From the NCBI GenBank assembly GCA_951406725.2, contig OX597834.1, forward strand, positions 24,676,001 through 24,740,000: a DNA stretch of 64,000 nucleotides, given 5' to 3'. This document shows, piece after piece, positions 41,677 through 54,257 of the stretch (positions within the stretch are counted from its first letter, which is position 1; each line of letters begins with the position of its first letter). The notes under the pieces are model-generated. The model was not told where the DNA came from, did no database searches, and saw only the letters and a list, made by a program, of their open reading frames with translations. The position numbers and the translations under genes were made by a program. The DNA is from Octopus vulgaris. Its lineage: Eukaryota.

Positions 41677-42050
41677 CAGGGTGTGATGAGTAAACTGTGA
41701 CAAATTTATATTTTTAATTTCGCGCATGCGCATTGCTTTTTAATTTTCTCGATCACACAGTATAGCAGGGTCAGGTGGGCACCGTCTGTGAGAAAAATAG
41801 TACCATGGCGCCATTTACTCTAACAGAAATTTGGAAACGACATGCTGTGCTGCTTGGTATTCGCGCCGGAAGCTCCAATACGAACATGTATCGAGAGTGA
41901 TAAAAATCAAGCATCCAGTCAACATCATGGTGTTTAGTGTGATCACTAGTGATGGCGACATTATGCTTCCATTCATCTTCCTACACGGCCACAGACTCAA
42001 TATGGAAGTCTGCATCAAGTGACAGGAGGAGGTAGTGCTGCAGCATGGCT
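41677..42050 (+). pseudogene. Tc1/mariner-superfamily element fragment
   Basis: CAGGGTG start; KHPVNIMVFSVITSDGDIMLPFIF..RLN catalytic-domain motif. Confidence 0.7.
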
Positions 42051-42137
42051 GCATTCTTAAAACTGAAACAAATGAAAAATAAGTGTGTTTGTGTGTGTGT
42101 GTTAATAATTCAAAGCCAGTCTACAATATCAATAGAT

Positions 42138-42373
42138 ATTTGTTTCTTTATTACCCACAAGGGGCTAAACACAGACGGGACAAACAAGGACAGACAAACG
42201 GATTAAGTCGATTATATCGACCCCAGTGCGTAACTGGTACTTATTTAATCAACTCCGAAAGGATGAAAGGAAAAGTCGACCTCGGCGGAATTTGAACTCC
42301 GAACGTAACGGCAGACGAAGTACGGCTACGCATTTCGCCCGGCGTGGTAACGTTTCTGCCAGCTCGCCGCCTT
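42138..42373 (-). mobile_element. SINE family A, full length
   Basis: Flanking repeat CAATATCAATAGA at 42124 and 42377. Confidence 0.9.
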
Positions 42374-42738
42374 CCCCAATATCAATAGACATTATTATCT
42401 CTTCACACTGTAACCTGAGAATAAACTTTTCGTTTTAAGTCGATACTCTTCCTCTTCCCTCATTTCTTACATTCCGCTCTGCCTAACCCTCTCACTCTCT
42501 CTCTTTCTCTCCCTCTCTCTGTCTTTCTCTCGTATTCTGTTTCCATCTCCAATTAATTCTTTCAACTCCCCCCCTCTCTTTCCTCTCCTTCCTTCTTTTC
42601 TCTCCATCACCACCTCCACCGCTACCATACTGCCATCGCCGCCAACACCAGTGATATACACTCTCATACACACTCGTACATCCACACTCTTGACAACGGC
42701 ATTCCGCCTTCACCTAAGCTTTACACACTACAACGACC

Positions 42739-42803
<65 letters not shown>

Positions 42804-42884
42804 TATGTTCTCGGTTTTTGTCTTTGTTGGTTATCTTACAAAAAATCTAATGCTCTTAACTTAGACATTGGGGTGGGGATGGCA

Positions 42885-42951
42885 ACTCTCTGAAGTGTAA
42901 CTGCCCGAAACAGTAAGGACTTCCGATAAACTTGACTGACGAAAGAAGGCA
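42885..42951 (+). ncRNA. Non-circularly permuted hammerhead-like motif, decayed
   Basis: ACTC-TC-TGAAGT..TGCC-C-GAAA-CAGT..ACTTGA-CTGACGA-aagaa-GGCA; one mismatch each in stems I and III. Confidence 0.5.
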
Positions 42952-43059
42952 ACCAATGATCCGTCTTTTCTTCCTGTCCTAATTGTTGTTTCTCCTGTCC
43001 GCCTTCGTATCGTCTATCTGTCCGAATGTTTTATTGTCCTCTATTGCGTTTTCGTTCCA

Positions 43060-43095
<36 letters not shown>

Positions 43096-43301
43096 TATTG
43101 TATTTGGGGGTGGTCATGTTGCCAGTTTAGCCAATGGAAACACACGCACTATACATTTGGTGTTCATTTACTTTAGCTTTATTTTATTTATTTGTTTTTA
43201 TCTACTTACTTTTTCATTTATTTCTCTTATATAAATACGTTACATTTTGTATGACTTTTTTTTCGGCCAGCATGCTTATTTCATGAACTTGTTATCATAA
43301 A

Positions 43302-43385
43302 CCTCCTGAAGAGATTGGTGCACTACTGCCCATTATTTATCCTGCCGGACATTTTGGAGTGCACCCGTCGAAACGTATGTAGAAG
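43302..43385 (+). ncRNA. Type I hammerhead ribozyme-like motif with long stem II
   Basis: CTGAAGA 43306-43312; GGTGCACT/AGTGCACC stem; GAAA 43370-43373; GTA 43379-43381; stem I CCTC/GAAG imperfect. Confidence 0.65.
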
Positions 43386-43574
43386 ACTTCATGATATAAA
43401 TGGATTAACAACGTCCCGAGCGTTCACCTCCTTTTTATATTTTAACTAAATAAGTCTTACAATCTCGGGATTATTCCCTAGGAGACTTAACAACTTTTAG
43501 CTACATTGAGATTGTTCCCTTGGATTTCTCCTATGCACACACAAACACACACATATATTTATATGCAGATATAA

Positions 43575-43712
43575 AAACTAGAGGCAGTGATGATTGATTA
43601 CATCAATATAAAGGAAGACGATATGATCAGGGCTATAGATGAAATGAACCCAAACTCGGCTACTGGCCCTGATGGATTCCCAGCAATCCTTCTAAAAGCA
43701 TGTAGTGAGTGA
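43575..43712 (+). pseudogene. CR1/Jockey-like LINE RT N-terminal fragment
   Basis: INIKEDDMIRAIDEMNPNSATGPDGFPAILLKAC. Confidence 0.8.
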
Positions 43713-44433
43713 TTGCTAGACCTCTCCCAGTTTAGTCGAGGTCTTTTCCACATTTTCACACGCGTGTGTGTGTGTGTGTGTGTGCTTGTCCATAGAAATA
43801 GGATTTACAAATAGAAAACAAAGCGCGTAGTGCTTCAATATGTAGTGTTATGTTGTTCTACATTGTGATTTACGTACAGAGTGAATTCTGTTTCGGGTCA
43901 GGTTGAATCTGTTCACAATAACCAGACCAGCTTAAATTGAAACTAGATTATATTAGTCAACTGGTAATCATATATATCTGTGACCGAAATCACAACTTCC
44001 GTGTGTCGTAGGGCTACTCATTTTGTGTACAAGAGAAACGAGAAATGAAGTTCTGTTCCAGAATATATCGCACCACTCGGTCTGGAAATCGAAACCATAA
44101 TATAACGATCCCCAGTACACCATCCTAACCAGGTCTCAAGCCTTCGTTATGTTGTGCGTGTGTATATGTTATGGTGTTGTGTATTTGAAGTGAATGCATT
44201 ACACCAGTAGTTCTCAGCAGGATTCTATATGGCCTTAGGGGTTTCCATACAAGATTTTATAGTTAGAATTTATCGACAATAAATTGTTTATAATTCTACA
44301 ATACACAAAATATTTTAACAATTTTTAAAAATACAATACCTAATTATATATAACAGTTGCAGCGGGGAAGGTGTTTATAAGCCATTTAAGAAACACACAA
44401 AACCGTTAGATTCACTTCAACATTTAAATTTAA

Positions 44434-44484
44434 TTTGTCAAAATATTTTCGTCGCTTTAAGACCGCGACCTGTTCACTGACAAA
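44434..44484 (-). ncRNA. Second copy of the G3-C8 hammerhead-like motif (element 44352-44545)
   Basis: Minus strand TTTGTCA-GTGAACA-G-GTCGC(loop)GCGAC-GAAA-ATAT-TT-TGACAAA; perfect 7 bp stem I. Confidence 0.55.
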
Positions 44485-44658
44485 ATTCTGTTCCAGCACA
44501 CCGTCTCAGATCAGGTCACTTGCTATGCAAGTACATCTCCGTAATCATATTTAATTATAAAATTATAATAGGTTTTTCAACATCGAATGGCTTTGAGAGT
44601 CCACCAGAGAAAAATAGTTATCAAAGGTGTGCAGAGTATAGATATATACGCACATACA

Positions 44659-44693
<35 letters not shown>

Positions 44694-45199
44694 TCGTGTG
44701 TGTGTGTGTGTGCATATGTATACAATGTGAGTGTATGTACTGTACGTGTATATATGTAAATAATGTGTGTTATGGTAAGCTTACATGTAAAACAGTCTAC
44801 ATATGTCTGCAGTGCTGTTGTAAATCTCCCCTTCTTCTCCCACCTGAAGAGAAAAAGACGTCATAATATTCAGAGAGAAATTCCACCGAGCAATACCTTA
44901 CATAACAACCAGCGCCTGGATACATTTTGGTAAACAATGCCTCTTTATTTCAATGAACCATAACGTCCAAAAAACATGACTTAAAAAGACTAAGGTGGTG
45001 TTATTAAGCTAAAGGGCAAAATCAAGCTAATTTATATGAAGGTGATAGGTCTTTAGTCGGATGAAAACCCTAGGTGGAACATGGAGTGTACATCGGATGA
45101 AAGACCATGATGAACACGACTTTTCCTATGTGCCGTGAACTCGTGAATATTACTTTTCTGTTGTCATACATACACTGCCATTATTTGAATTAATTTTGA

Positions 45200-45460
45200 A
45201 GAAACTTGCCGCTCACACAAGAAACATTTCTCGTGGCTCCAGCAGACGAAATAAGAAAGGTGTTGTTGCCCCGGAGGATGGCGAGGGAGATGCACTGAAA
45301 CAGCCACTCGGTCCCACTGGGCTTGCACTTGCGAACAGCCGTCTTCTCCTCGCTGACGGTGAGCAGGGATATGGCCAGGGAGCCTACAACCCGGAGGTCT
45401 CCACTGCCACAGACTCGACCATTGAACCTGTTGGAGAGCGACCGGTGTCGTTTAGCATGA
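45200..45460 (-). pseudogene. CRE-like non-LTR retrotransposon restriction-like endonuclease C-terminus
   Basis: Minus strand KRHRSLSNRF..VAVETSG..EWLFQCISLAILRGNN resembles the AVET.G and LFQR.S.A.QRGN motifs. Confidence 0.65.
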
Positions 45461-45649
45461 TGGCTTTAAGACTACTAAGAACACGTGTATATATATATAT
45501 ATTTCCCTTCTTTCCTGAGCGTCAAATAATACTTTAATTGTTCCACGTCCTCGCGTTGCTGTGTTTTTTTCTGTGTTTTTATTGTTTGGATTAACTATAT
45601 ATATATATATATATATTTGATTTAGATGTATTTCTCCATTTTCTTATCT

Positions 45650-45710
<61 letters not shown>

Positions 45711-45802
45711 GGGGAGAGTTCAAGAAAAAAAACAAAAGACGAAGACAGGTGGTGTAGAAAACAAACAGATGTAATAGTATAACGCTCAGGAATTGAAAAA
45801 GT

Positions 45803-45838
45803 CTTTTACATTTCAAGCCTACGCTCTTTTACAGAAAG
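45803..45838 (-). ncRNA. Third, more decayed copy of the A6U hammerhead-like motif (element 45715-45892)
   Basis: Minus strand CTTT-CTGTAAA-A-GAGC(gtag)GCTT-GAAA-TGTA-AAAG. Confidence 0.35.
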
Positions 45839-46560
45839 GGACACAGAAAAAAACAAGGAGAGAAGAGAAATATGTGTAGTGGCTACCGATCTATATATAT
45901 ATATATTCGAGTGAGTGTGCGTGTATATGTATACAACGTGAGTGTATATAACGTATGTATATATATATATATGTAAATAATGTGTGTGTTTTGGTAAGCT
46001 TACATGCAAAACATGACCTTGTTTTTAGTCTCTATGTATGTCTGCAGTGCTGTTGTGAACCTCGCCTCCTTCCCCCAACATTGACATTAAAATTCGATAC
46101 ACGCCACCATTTTGTCCCTTCCCCCCCTCTCCACAGCTTATGAATGAACTTCAGTAAGTCAGTCAATGTGTGCGTGCGTGTGTGTATGTATGTGTGTGTG
46201 TGTATCTTTTTGTCTCTATATCAATACTTCATGTACGCATTTTGCTGTCTGTACCTGTATGATTATGTCTGTCTGTCTATCTATTTCTATGCGTCTGTCT
46301 GCTCCTTCTTCACATTCTCGATCCCTCTCTCTATCTAATCCACAACTCCCTGATTAAATCCATTGAATTAATAACAATCTGCTCTGATTTCATACATTTA
46401 TTATCTAATTAGATAGATCTGGTGGCCACAGTGGTGGTGATAGTAGTGGTTGTGGCGTTGGTAGTGATAGTAATATTAGTAGTGGTGGCGGTGGTAGTAG
46501 TACTAATAATAGAAGTTTTGATAGTAGTAGTTGTACTGAATACTCAATTCACGCAATATT

Positions 46561-46595
<35 letters not shown>

Positions 46596-46785
46596 TAGCG
46601 GTGTTGCACTGTCTTCGTTTTTATTGCATATGCTATGTTTCTCCATTGAAAAAGGTACCGATTTGAATGGGAGTGGTTGTGATGGTGGTGGGCACCCAGT
46701 ATACCGACAGACAATGAAATACGCAGGTTAATAAATAGCTCACCAAATACTTCTCTCTTTCTTTCTCTCTCTTTCTCTCTCTATG

Positions 46786-46844
<59 letters not shown>

Positions 46845-47050
46845 ATAATTTAATAAATAAAACATATGCATACATACATATAGTACGTACCTGCATATAT
46901 ATGTATATATACATGCATATATGGGTACAGGACACCACAAAAAAAAACGTAGAATACAACGAGAAACGAAAACATAAAAACAAAACATGGAAACGGACTT
47001 TTTTAAACAACGTAAAAACAGAGTACAAGACATACAACGCAAGGAACATT

Positions 47051-47106
47051 CCCCTCCTTCAGGTGCCCCTGCTTCGACTTATTCTGTGTTTCGAAGGTAA
47101 GGGCAA
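47051..47106 (-). ncRNA. Partial non-circularly permuted hammerhead-like motif
   Basis: Minus strand TTGCCC..CTTC-GAAA-CACAG..GGGCAC-CTGAAGG-A-GGGG; stem III 5' strand not recognisable. Confidence 0.4.
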
Positions 47107-48394
47107 TATATAAAGAGAGAGTAATTATTTGGGCTTAGAGAATACGGTGAATAGTATCCCGATTAAAGTACTTTCACTGTTTAGGCTAAATGATGTCGTT
47201 CACACCTTTGATATATAAGTGTCACTCGATCTACCTCTCAAATTCTGCAGTGTTCTTTGAATTTATAATGAATCAGGGAAACGGAAAATGGAATTCATGA
47301 GAATCTTTATTCATGACAACGATAACGATTCTCGGGAACGTCATTTTCCGAAGAAGGGAAAGGAAAGGAAAGAAAACATGGCCTTGACAAAAAGTCTAGA
47401 AGCCCCAATATGCTAAAAGCATATAATCTACCATCTTGGAGCTACGAAGTCTGTATGTAAAAGAGTAAGCTAGTAATGGTCTTGGGGAATACTATTTATT
47501 AACGGGCAGATGCAATTTGAAGGTGGGGGATAGCATTTTAAAAAAAAGAAGTTATCATGAAAATGTATTTAAGAGAAATACTATTATGATTATCAAAGGG
47601 CGGTACCTATGTTAACGTAGTAAACTTAGGTAAAAGTAAGCAATTACCGTATGGTGCTTAAGAAAATTTACCCACAGGAATTAGTACCAAGAATCCCACC
47701 TGCGGTCCACAATGGGTCAAGTCTAAGTCCAATTGGTCAGTTACAAATTGAACCGCGGCCACAAGTTAAAACCGCTACAAAGGATTTGTTTATAAAATAA
47801 ATAAGAAAAGAAAAAAGTTCTGGGTGAGAAGTCAAGGTTATAGATGTTGTGGGGGCCATTTATGTCCTTCGGCATCTTAACGTTACAACACCTGCATGAG
47901 GGAAAAGTGAAGGAATCCACGGGATTGTGTTTAAGGGGAGGCAACCAGTACTGGTAACTCAGCGATTCAATTAAAGCTACTAGGAAATGAAATTGGACTC
48001 AACCTTGTATATAGCGAATTGTGGTAATAATTAAATATATGCAGGTACGCAAGGCCAAATCACATGTTGAAATATTATCAAATAATGAAACTCTCTAGTT
48101 GTCACAGTAAACTAAATATACTTAATAAACATTGCATAGTCATTAAAGTTATATAATTCCTATTATCATAAAACAATTTAAAAGAGTATATTGGCACTAT
48201 ATGGGTACAATTAAAGCCGGGTATTCAGGCAGATTAGTACTATAAGAAAAGTTACCTTAAATCAAACAATTTATTAGACATGTTTAAAAAACAATAACAA
48301 ATACCCTAAGAATAAAATACTAATTGAATCTAATCATTAAGATTATAAACAAAGGTATATTAACTCCAAGTGGGTGCGAACCCTGCTATACTCT

Positions 48395-48795
48395 TTCATA
48401 ACAGCTTTCTCTCACTCTCTCTTCCTGTTTCTGTTGTACCTGTATTTCAAAGGGCCATCCTCGTCACACTGTGTCACGATGAATCTCCTGGAAAACTACG
48501 TTAAGAGTACACGTGTCTGTGGAGTGCTCAGCCACTTGCACGTTAATTTCACGAGCAGGCTGTTCCGTTGATCGGATCAACTCGAACCCTCGTCGTCGTA
48601 ACCGACGGAATGCCACGACATATACATATACATATATGTTTCGTTCTGAGTTCAAATTCTCTCGAGGTCGACTTTGCCTTTCATCCTTTCGGGGCCGATA
48701 AATTAAGTACCAGTTACGCACTGGGATCGATGTAATCGACTTAATCCGTTTGTCTTTGTTTGTCCCCTCTGTGTTTAGCCCCTTGTGGGTAGTAA

Positions 48796-48798
<3 letters not shown>
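48395..48798 (+). mobile_element. SINE C 3' part (48395-48615) followed by a truncated SINE A (48640-48798)
   Basis: Matches 63240-63440 and the family A tail. Confidence 0.85.
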
Positions 48799-48841
<43 letters not shown>

Positions 48842-48929
48842 TGCACACGCACATGTGGGGCGCGATAAAGGAACATACGAAGAAGCAGGTTAAAACCCAA
48901 TAAATGAAGACGTGCTCAATTCCTTATTA

Positions 48930-49310
48930 GTTATCGACCAAATACCATCATAACTTCGACACCTTCCAATGATATTCAATTTGGTGGTCTCAGCAATTGC
49001 GCCAATGTGTGGCTGCTTGGTTTCTTTCTGAACTGTCAGATCGAAAAATAACCTCTACGACCGCCTTCACATCCACAATGTACTTGTCATGGAATTTTTG
49101 TGGGGAAAAATACAAAAGCGGTTTCCTGTTGCTTTCCTTCCGGTATTGCAAGATACCTTGTAGAGTTTAGATACAGACGTCACCATATCTCGCAGGTCAC
49201 CCAGTACTTAAAGGATTGGCACATATATTGCAAATCATACATTGCTAAAAGGCACGACCGGAAAGATCGAAGGCAATATCGATTCGTCTGGGTTTGTCCC
49301 AAATCTTCGT
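48930..49310 (-). pseudogene. Possible decayed PIF/Harbinger-like transposase
   Basis: Fragmentary motifs RLYL..TRYLA..QQ..F.F and W..IAE across stops and frameshifts. Confidence 0.3.
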
Positions 49311-49828
49311 TCGGTAAAACATAAGTAATAAATTTTAAAGATTTGGGGTCGATTTGGTCAACTAATTTCAAGACGTTAATCCTAGCATGGCAACACGAAA
49401 CAAGTAAAAGGTATATCCATACAGATAGATACAGAGATAGATATTGTGTATGTTGTACCATGATATACTCCCAACTCTTTGCATATGTAAAACTCTAAAC
49501 CATTTATTTGGAGGCTTGGTTAGATTATACTACGCTGACGAGGTTCAATTGTTTGAAAGCTGACTTGGGGTTTTCCCTACTTTGAAAACAAAGATAACAA
49601 ATGTAATTATCCTTCGCTCGCTTTATCTTTAATCAAGAACTCATAGATTTAACTGCTATATATTACATATGCACAATTCATACAAGCAAATTTGCATATG
49701 GATTAATTAAATTTTAATACACACACATACGCACTTACACCTACACGCAACACTCTTGAACACAGATATGCACACAAGATGTCTCTTTGCATCCACTTAA
49801 ACATGTATGCACTTAAGATAATTACACC

Positions 49829-49877
<49 letters not shown>

Positions 49878-50390
49878 ACCCAGTCTTATTAACACGCCCA
49901 CACATACGTCAAACCACGTGATGAGTTTAATAACGTCATAAATATATGAGTATTATATCTATGTGTTAGCTACTTAAAACTACTTAAGAAATTAACATGG
50001 TGACGGAGGTGGTGGGTGCTTCTCGATTACACGCACTTTATGTGTACGTCTTTCAAATGCGCATGTGTGTGTAGGTGTAGGCGTGTGTTTGCACAATATC
50101 TATGTGTGAGGGGGCGGAGTGCCTGATCTCTACAGGCCTTACTCCCAGATTGGTACTATAGCATGAAGGTGGTGGCGATTGTGGGGTTTAGCTTAGATTC
50201 CTACAGATCGATGAAAATGACGACAACGATGATAATAATTACAATGATGAGGATCATGATGGGGATCTTAAAAAGCAACACAATTAAGAGGAAAGGAAAA
50301 CCAGACGAACTAAATTTCAATAGGGTGGGGGTGGAGGTTAGGGAAGAAGAAGAGGAAAAAGAAAAAAGTAAAAGACTGATTGTGAAAATA

Positions 50391-50621
50391 CCTATTTCTT
50401 TACTACCCACAAGGTAAACATAGAGCGGACAAACAAGAACAGACAAAGGGATTAAGTCGATTACATCGACCCAGTGCGTAACTGGTACTTTATTTATCGA
50501 CCCCGAGAGGGTGAAAGGCAAAGTCGACCACGGCGGAATTTGAACTCAGAACGTAACGGCAGACGAAATACGGCAAAGCATTTCGCCCGGTGCGCTAACG
50601 TTTCTGCCAGCTCGCCGCCTT
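50391..50621 (-). mobile_element. SINE family A, full length, with TSD
   Basis: TSD TGATTGTGAAAATA at 50377 and 50623. Confidence 0.92.
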
Positions 50622-50768
50622 ATGATTGTGAAAATATATTTCTAATGTAAAGCTTAAGAAGCGGAGTGAGGTGAGAAGAGCTGCTAGTTTAGAGGAGAAA
50701 AGCCCATCGTAGAAGGATAGTAGTTGTGGGAAGAGTGACACAGAAGACTCGGTGTTCCAGTGACTGTG

Positions 50769-50851
<83 letters not shown>

Positions 50852-51097
50852 CGTGCGTGCGTGTGTGTGCGCTCATGTGTGTCGGTTATCAGCCTGTCGA
50901 CATACTTTTTGCAGTTGAAATGCTTTGGGATGTTTTCTCTCGATGAAACGAGAGTAGTACAGCCTCAGAAATGTTTAAATTTCAGAAGAATATCTGAAGA
51001 ATTTGAATATTTTATGGTGCCTGGTGGTGTTTACGTAATTAAGTAGCGCCAGTAAGAAAAATATTGTCTAGCTGTCTGTCTATGTACAAATGTGTGT

Positions 51098-51140
<43 letters not shown>

Positions 51141-51502
51141 AATTTGTGTATTGAAATAAAATAATTTATTTTTGAATAAATGATATTCCTGTTTACCTAA
51201 CAGCATTTCAGTGCTATTTTCGCTTAATTGAAATTCACACCAGTTTGAACCCGACAATGAAAGCGAACGCTCTCCAAAAGTTGATTAAAAACACTTGTGT
51301 GTGTGTGTGTGTATGTGTATGCGCGTGTATATGTGTGTGTGCCAATTTTGTGAATGTATAAGCGGAAGAAAAATATTCAAATATAAGTCATTAAGTTTCG
51401 AATTTTTCCATTAACTATTTCGTCTCTGTTTGATGTTTATGAAGGTGTTTGGTAGTCACGTGGTGCTTGCAGCGGCATCAGGGTGGAGCCTCAGCTAATA
51501 TC

Positions 51503-51734
51503 CAGGGTGCGGCAGAAAGATTGCCACGATTTCAAAGGTTAATAAAAAAACAAACACATGAAGCTACAAGAAAAACCGATGCTCTCCACTCCAGGCTATG
51601 GTAGGGACGACCTGAAACAGGAAAAAAAAAATGGCATTTAATGAACTTCGTAGAAATACAAAACTCTTTTCATGCATCTTCGTATGTTTGTTTTTTAACC
51701 TTTGAAATCGAAGCAACCTTTCTGTCGCTCCCTG
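51503..51734. mobile_element. Tc1/mariner-type MITE with long imperfect TIRs
   Basis: CAGGGTGCGGCAGAAAG..CGATTTCAAAGGTTAA versus TTAACCTTTGAAATCG..CTTTCTGTCGCTCCCTG. Confidence 0.75.
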
Positions 51735-52350
51735 TATCATAGTTTAATGATGACCATACAAAAATACGATGCGACATGATTCTGAGTTTCCTGTAAGATC
51801 GACATCTTTGAATTCCTCAGATAAACACCTTATAAATTTCACTTGAAAACAGGAAAGAAAAAAAAAACCCCTCACATTTTCCTATAGTTGGGTCACTTTC
51901 TTCTTTTATACTAAGAACCACAGCCGATCACACACGCATTTATGAACCAATATATAATTATAGTTTTTTACAATGCCGGATATAATGCTAACAATATCAG
52001 CGTTTCTTGTTCTATACAAACATGATTTCCTTCTCTTGTTCTTTATTCTGTGGCAGTCTCAAAGTTTACCCAAGATGCATTAATCAGTTTAGAAGAAATA
52101 TTTCTTCTTTGTTTTGTGCATTTCAACAATTCTTCTCTGATCTTCTCCCACATCCCGTCCAGCCAACAATTCGGTGCCTCAGTTTTCCAAACAGTTTGTT
52201 TGTTTGCTTACTTGATTGATTAATTGCGAGTCTCTCCACTCTGGTATCTCAGAAACGACAATTACAATAGAAATTATAACAAATTGAAAATCAATATTTA
52301 AACAAACTTAAAAAAAAAATGAAATTGATTTTTTTAAAAAGTATCTTATG

Positions 52351-52388
<38 letters not shown>

Positions 52389-52937
52389 ACGCATTTGCAT
52401 TATGTAACCCAGTATATGTTTAATTGTGTAAACATTTGAAATAACCTCTCCCCACATTTGGTGCCCCTGCCTGACCGCAGTCAAATGACCGAAACAAGTA
52501 AAGGATAAAAGAAAAGATCCGTATTTATACTAAACGATCCCTAGTGTGTTCCTTGACAAGTTGTGTGTACGTGTGTGTGTGTGTGAGAGAGAGAGAGTGT
52601 GTGTGTGTGTGTGAGAGAGAGTGTGTGTGTGTGTATTACATGCGATATACTTGACATGGAACTTTCGTGGTTTCCTATTGCCTTTCTTCCGGTAGTTTTC
52701 TGACAAGTCAACCAAGTTCGCTACACATTTGAGGGGCATTTAGAAGTAAAGGAACCGGAACAAATACCACAAGGAATTTTGTCCCATTTTCTAACAGTTC
52801 CATTAATCCACCGCTCCGGACTGCTACTTTAATATTTTTTCAATTCCGGAAAGATGAAAGGAAATCTGACCTCTTTTGCATATCAAATAAAATGGTTGAA
52901 ATATTTCTTTCAACAGTTTAATATGTGATCAATCAAA

Positions 52938-53400
52938 AGGCGGTGGTGTGGCAGAATCTTTAGCACGCCGGGCGAAATGCTTAGCAAGCGTTTCGTTCGT
53001 CTTCACGTTCTGAATTCAAATTCCAACGAGGTCTACTTTGCTCTTCATCTTTTCCGAATCGATAAAATTAGTACCTATTTCTTTACTACCTACAAGGGGC
53101 TAAACACAGAGAGGACAAACAAGGACAGATAAACGGATTAAGTTGATTATATCGACCCCAGTGCGTAACTGGTGCTTATTTAATCGACCCCGAAAGGATG
53201 AAAGGCAAAGTCGACCTCGACGGAATTCGAACTCAGAACGTAAAGACAGACGAAATACTGCTATGCATTTCGCCCGGTGTGCTAACGATTCTGCCAGCTC
53301 GCCGCCTTGATAAAATAAGTACCGGTTGAGTACTGGGGGTCAACGTAATCAACTTACTCCTCCCCAAAATTGCTGGCCTTGTGCTAAATTTTAAAATCAA
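52938..53400. mobile_element. SINE A (+) with a younger SINE A (-) nested at 53076-53308
   Basis: TSD GATAAAAT(T/A)AGTACC at 53061 and 53309. Confidence 0.9.
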
Positions 53401-54030
53401 TATCTAATCAATCAATTCATTATTTGTATTTATTCATCGTGGAAGGATGACCGGAGAAGCTGATTGCACAAGAATTTGAACTCAGAATGTAAAAATCCGG
53501 AGCAAATATTTTTTGTCCAATATCTGAGGCTTCCGCTAACTCGCCGCCCTATCATTGCTCGTCAGTGTTTAGACAAAAGACCGAAAAGTGTAGGACAGGG
53601 TTAGGCGATAGCATCTACAGCAGTACTTGACTGGGGCTTTATTTTAACAAACCTGGAGGAATGAAAGCTAAAATCGACCTCAGTGGGAGTTGAATTGAGA
53701 AGGTAAAGAGTTGAACAAGGATTCCACCAACCAGTCGCCTTTACTAACCATAAGTTTCTATCGTAGGTACAAGAGCTGAGTAACTAAGGGAAAAGTGTGG
53801 CCGATACGCTTCATCCCAGCATTTGTTTGGTGTTTTATTTTTATCAACACGGGCTAGATGAAAAGCAAAGTCAACCTCGACGGAATTTGAACTCAGAACG
53901 TGGAATGCCAGAATAATTACCGAAAAGCATTTTATCTGACGCGCTAACACTTCTGGCAGTCGGTCAGCCTAACTTGTTATAGATTTGTATCAAAGGCACA
54001 AAACCTTGAAATTTGTAGTTTGGTTGTCAA

Positions 54031-54257
54031 TACCTATTTCTTTACTACCCACAAGGGGCTAAACACAGTGAGGACAGACAAACGGATAAAATCGATTATA
54101 TCGACCCCAGTGCGTAACCGGTACTTATTTAATCGACCCCGAAAGGATGAAAGGCAAAGTTGACCTCGGCGGAATTTGAACTTAGAACGTAGCGGCAGAC
54201 GAAATACCGCTAAGCATTTCGCCCGGCGTGCTAACGTTTCTGCCAGCTCGCCGCCTT
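54031..54257 (-). mobile_element. SINE family A, full length, with TSD
   Basis: TSD TGGTTGTC(A/G)ATACC at 54021 and 54259; lies in a cluster of older copies at 53440-54500. Confidence 0.9.

Noticed and set aside
49535-49570. CTGACGAGG..GAAAGC
   Set aside because: Stems I and II do not pair convincingly.
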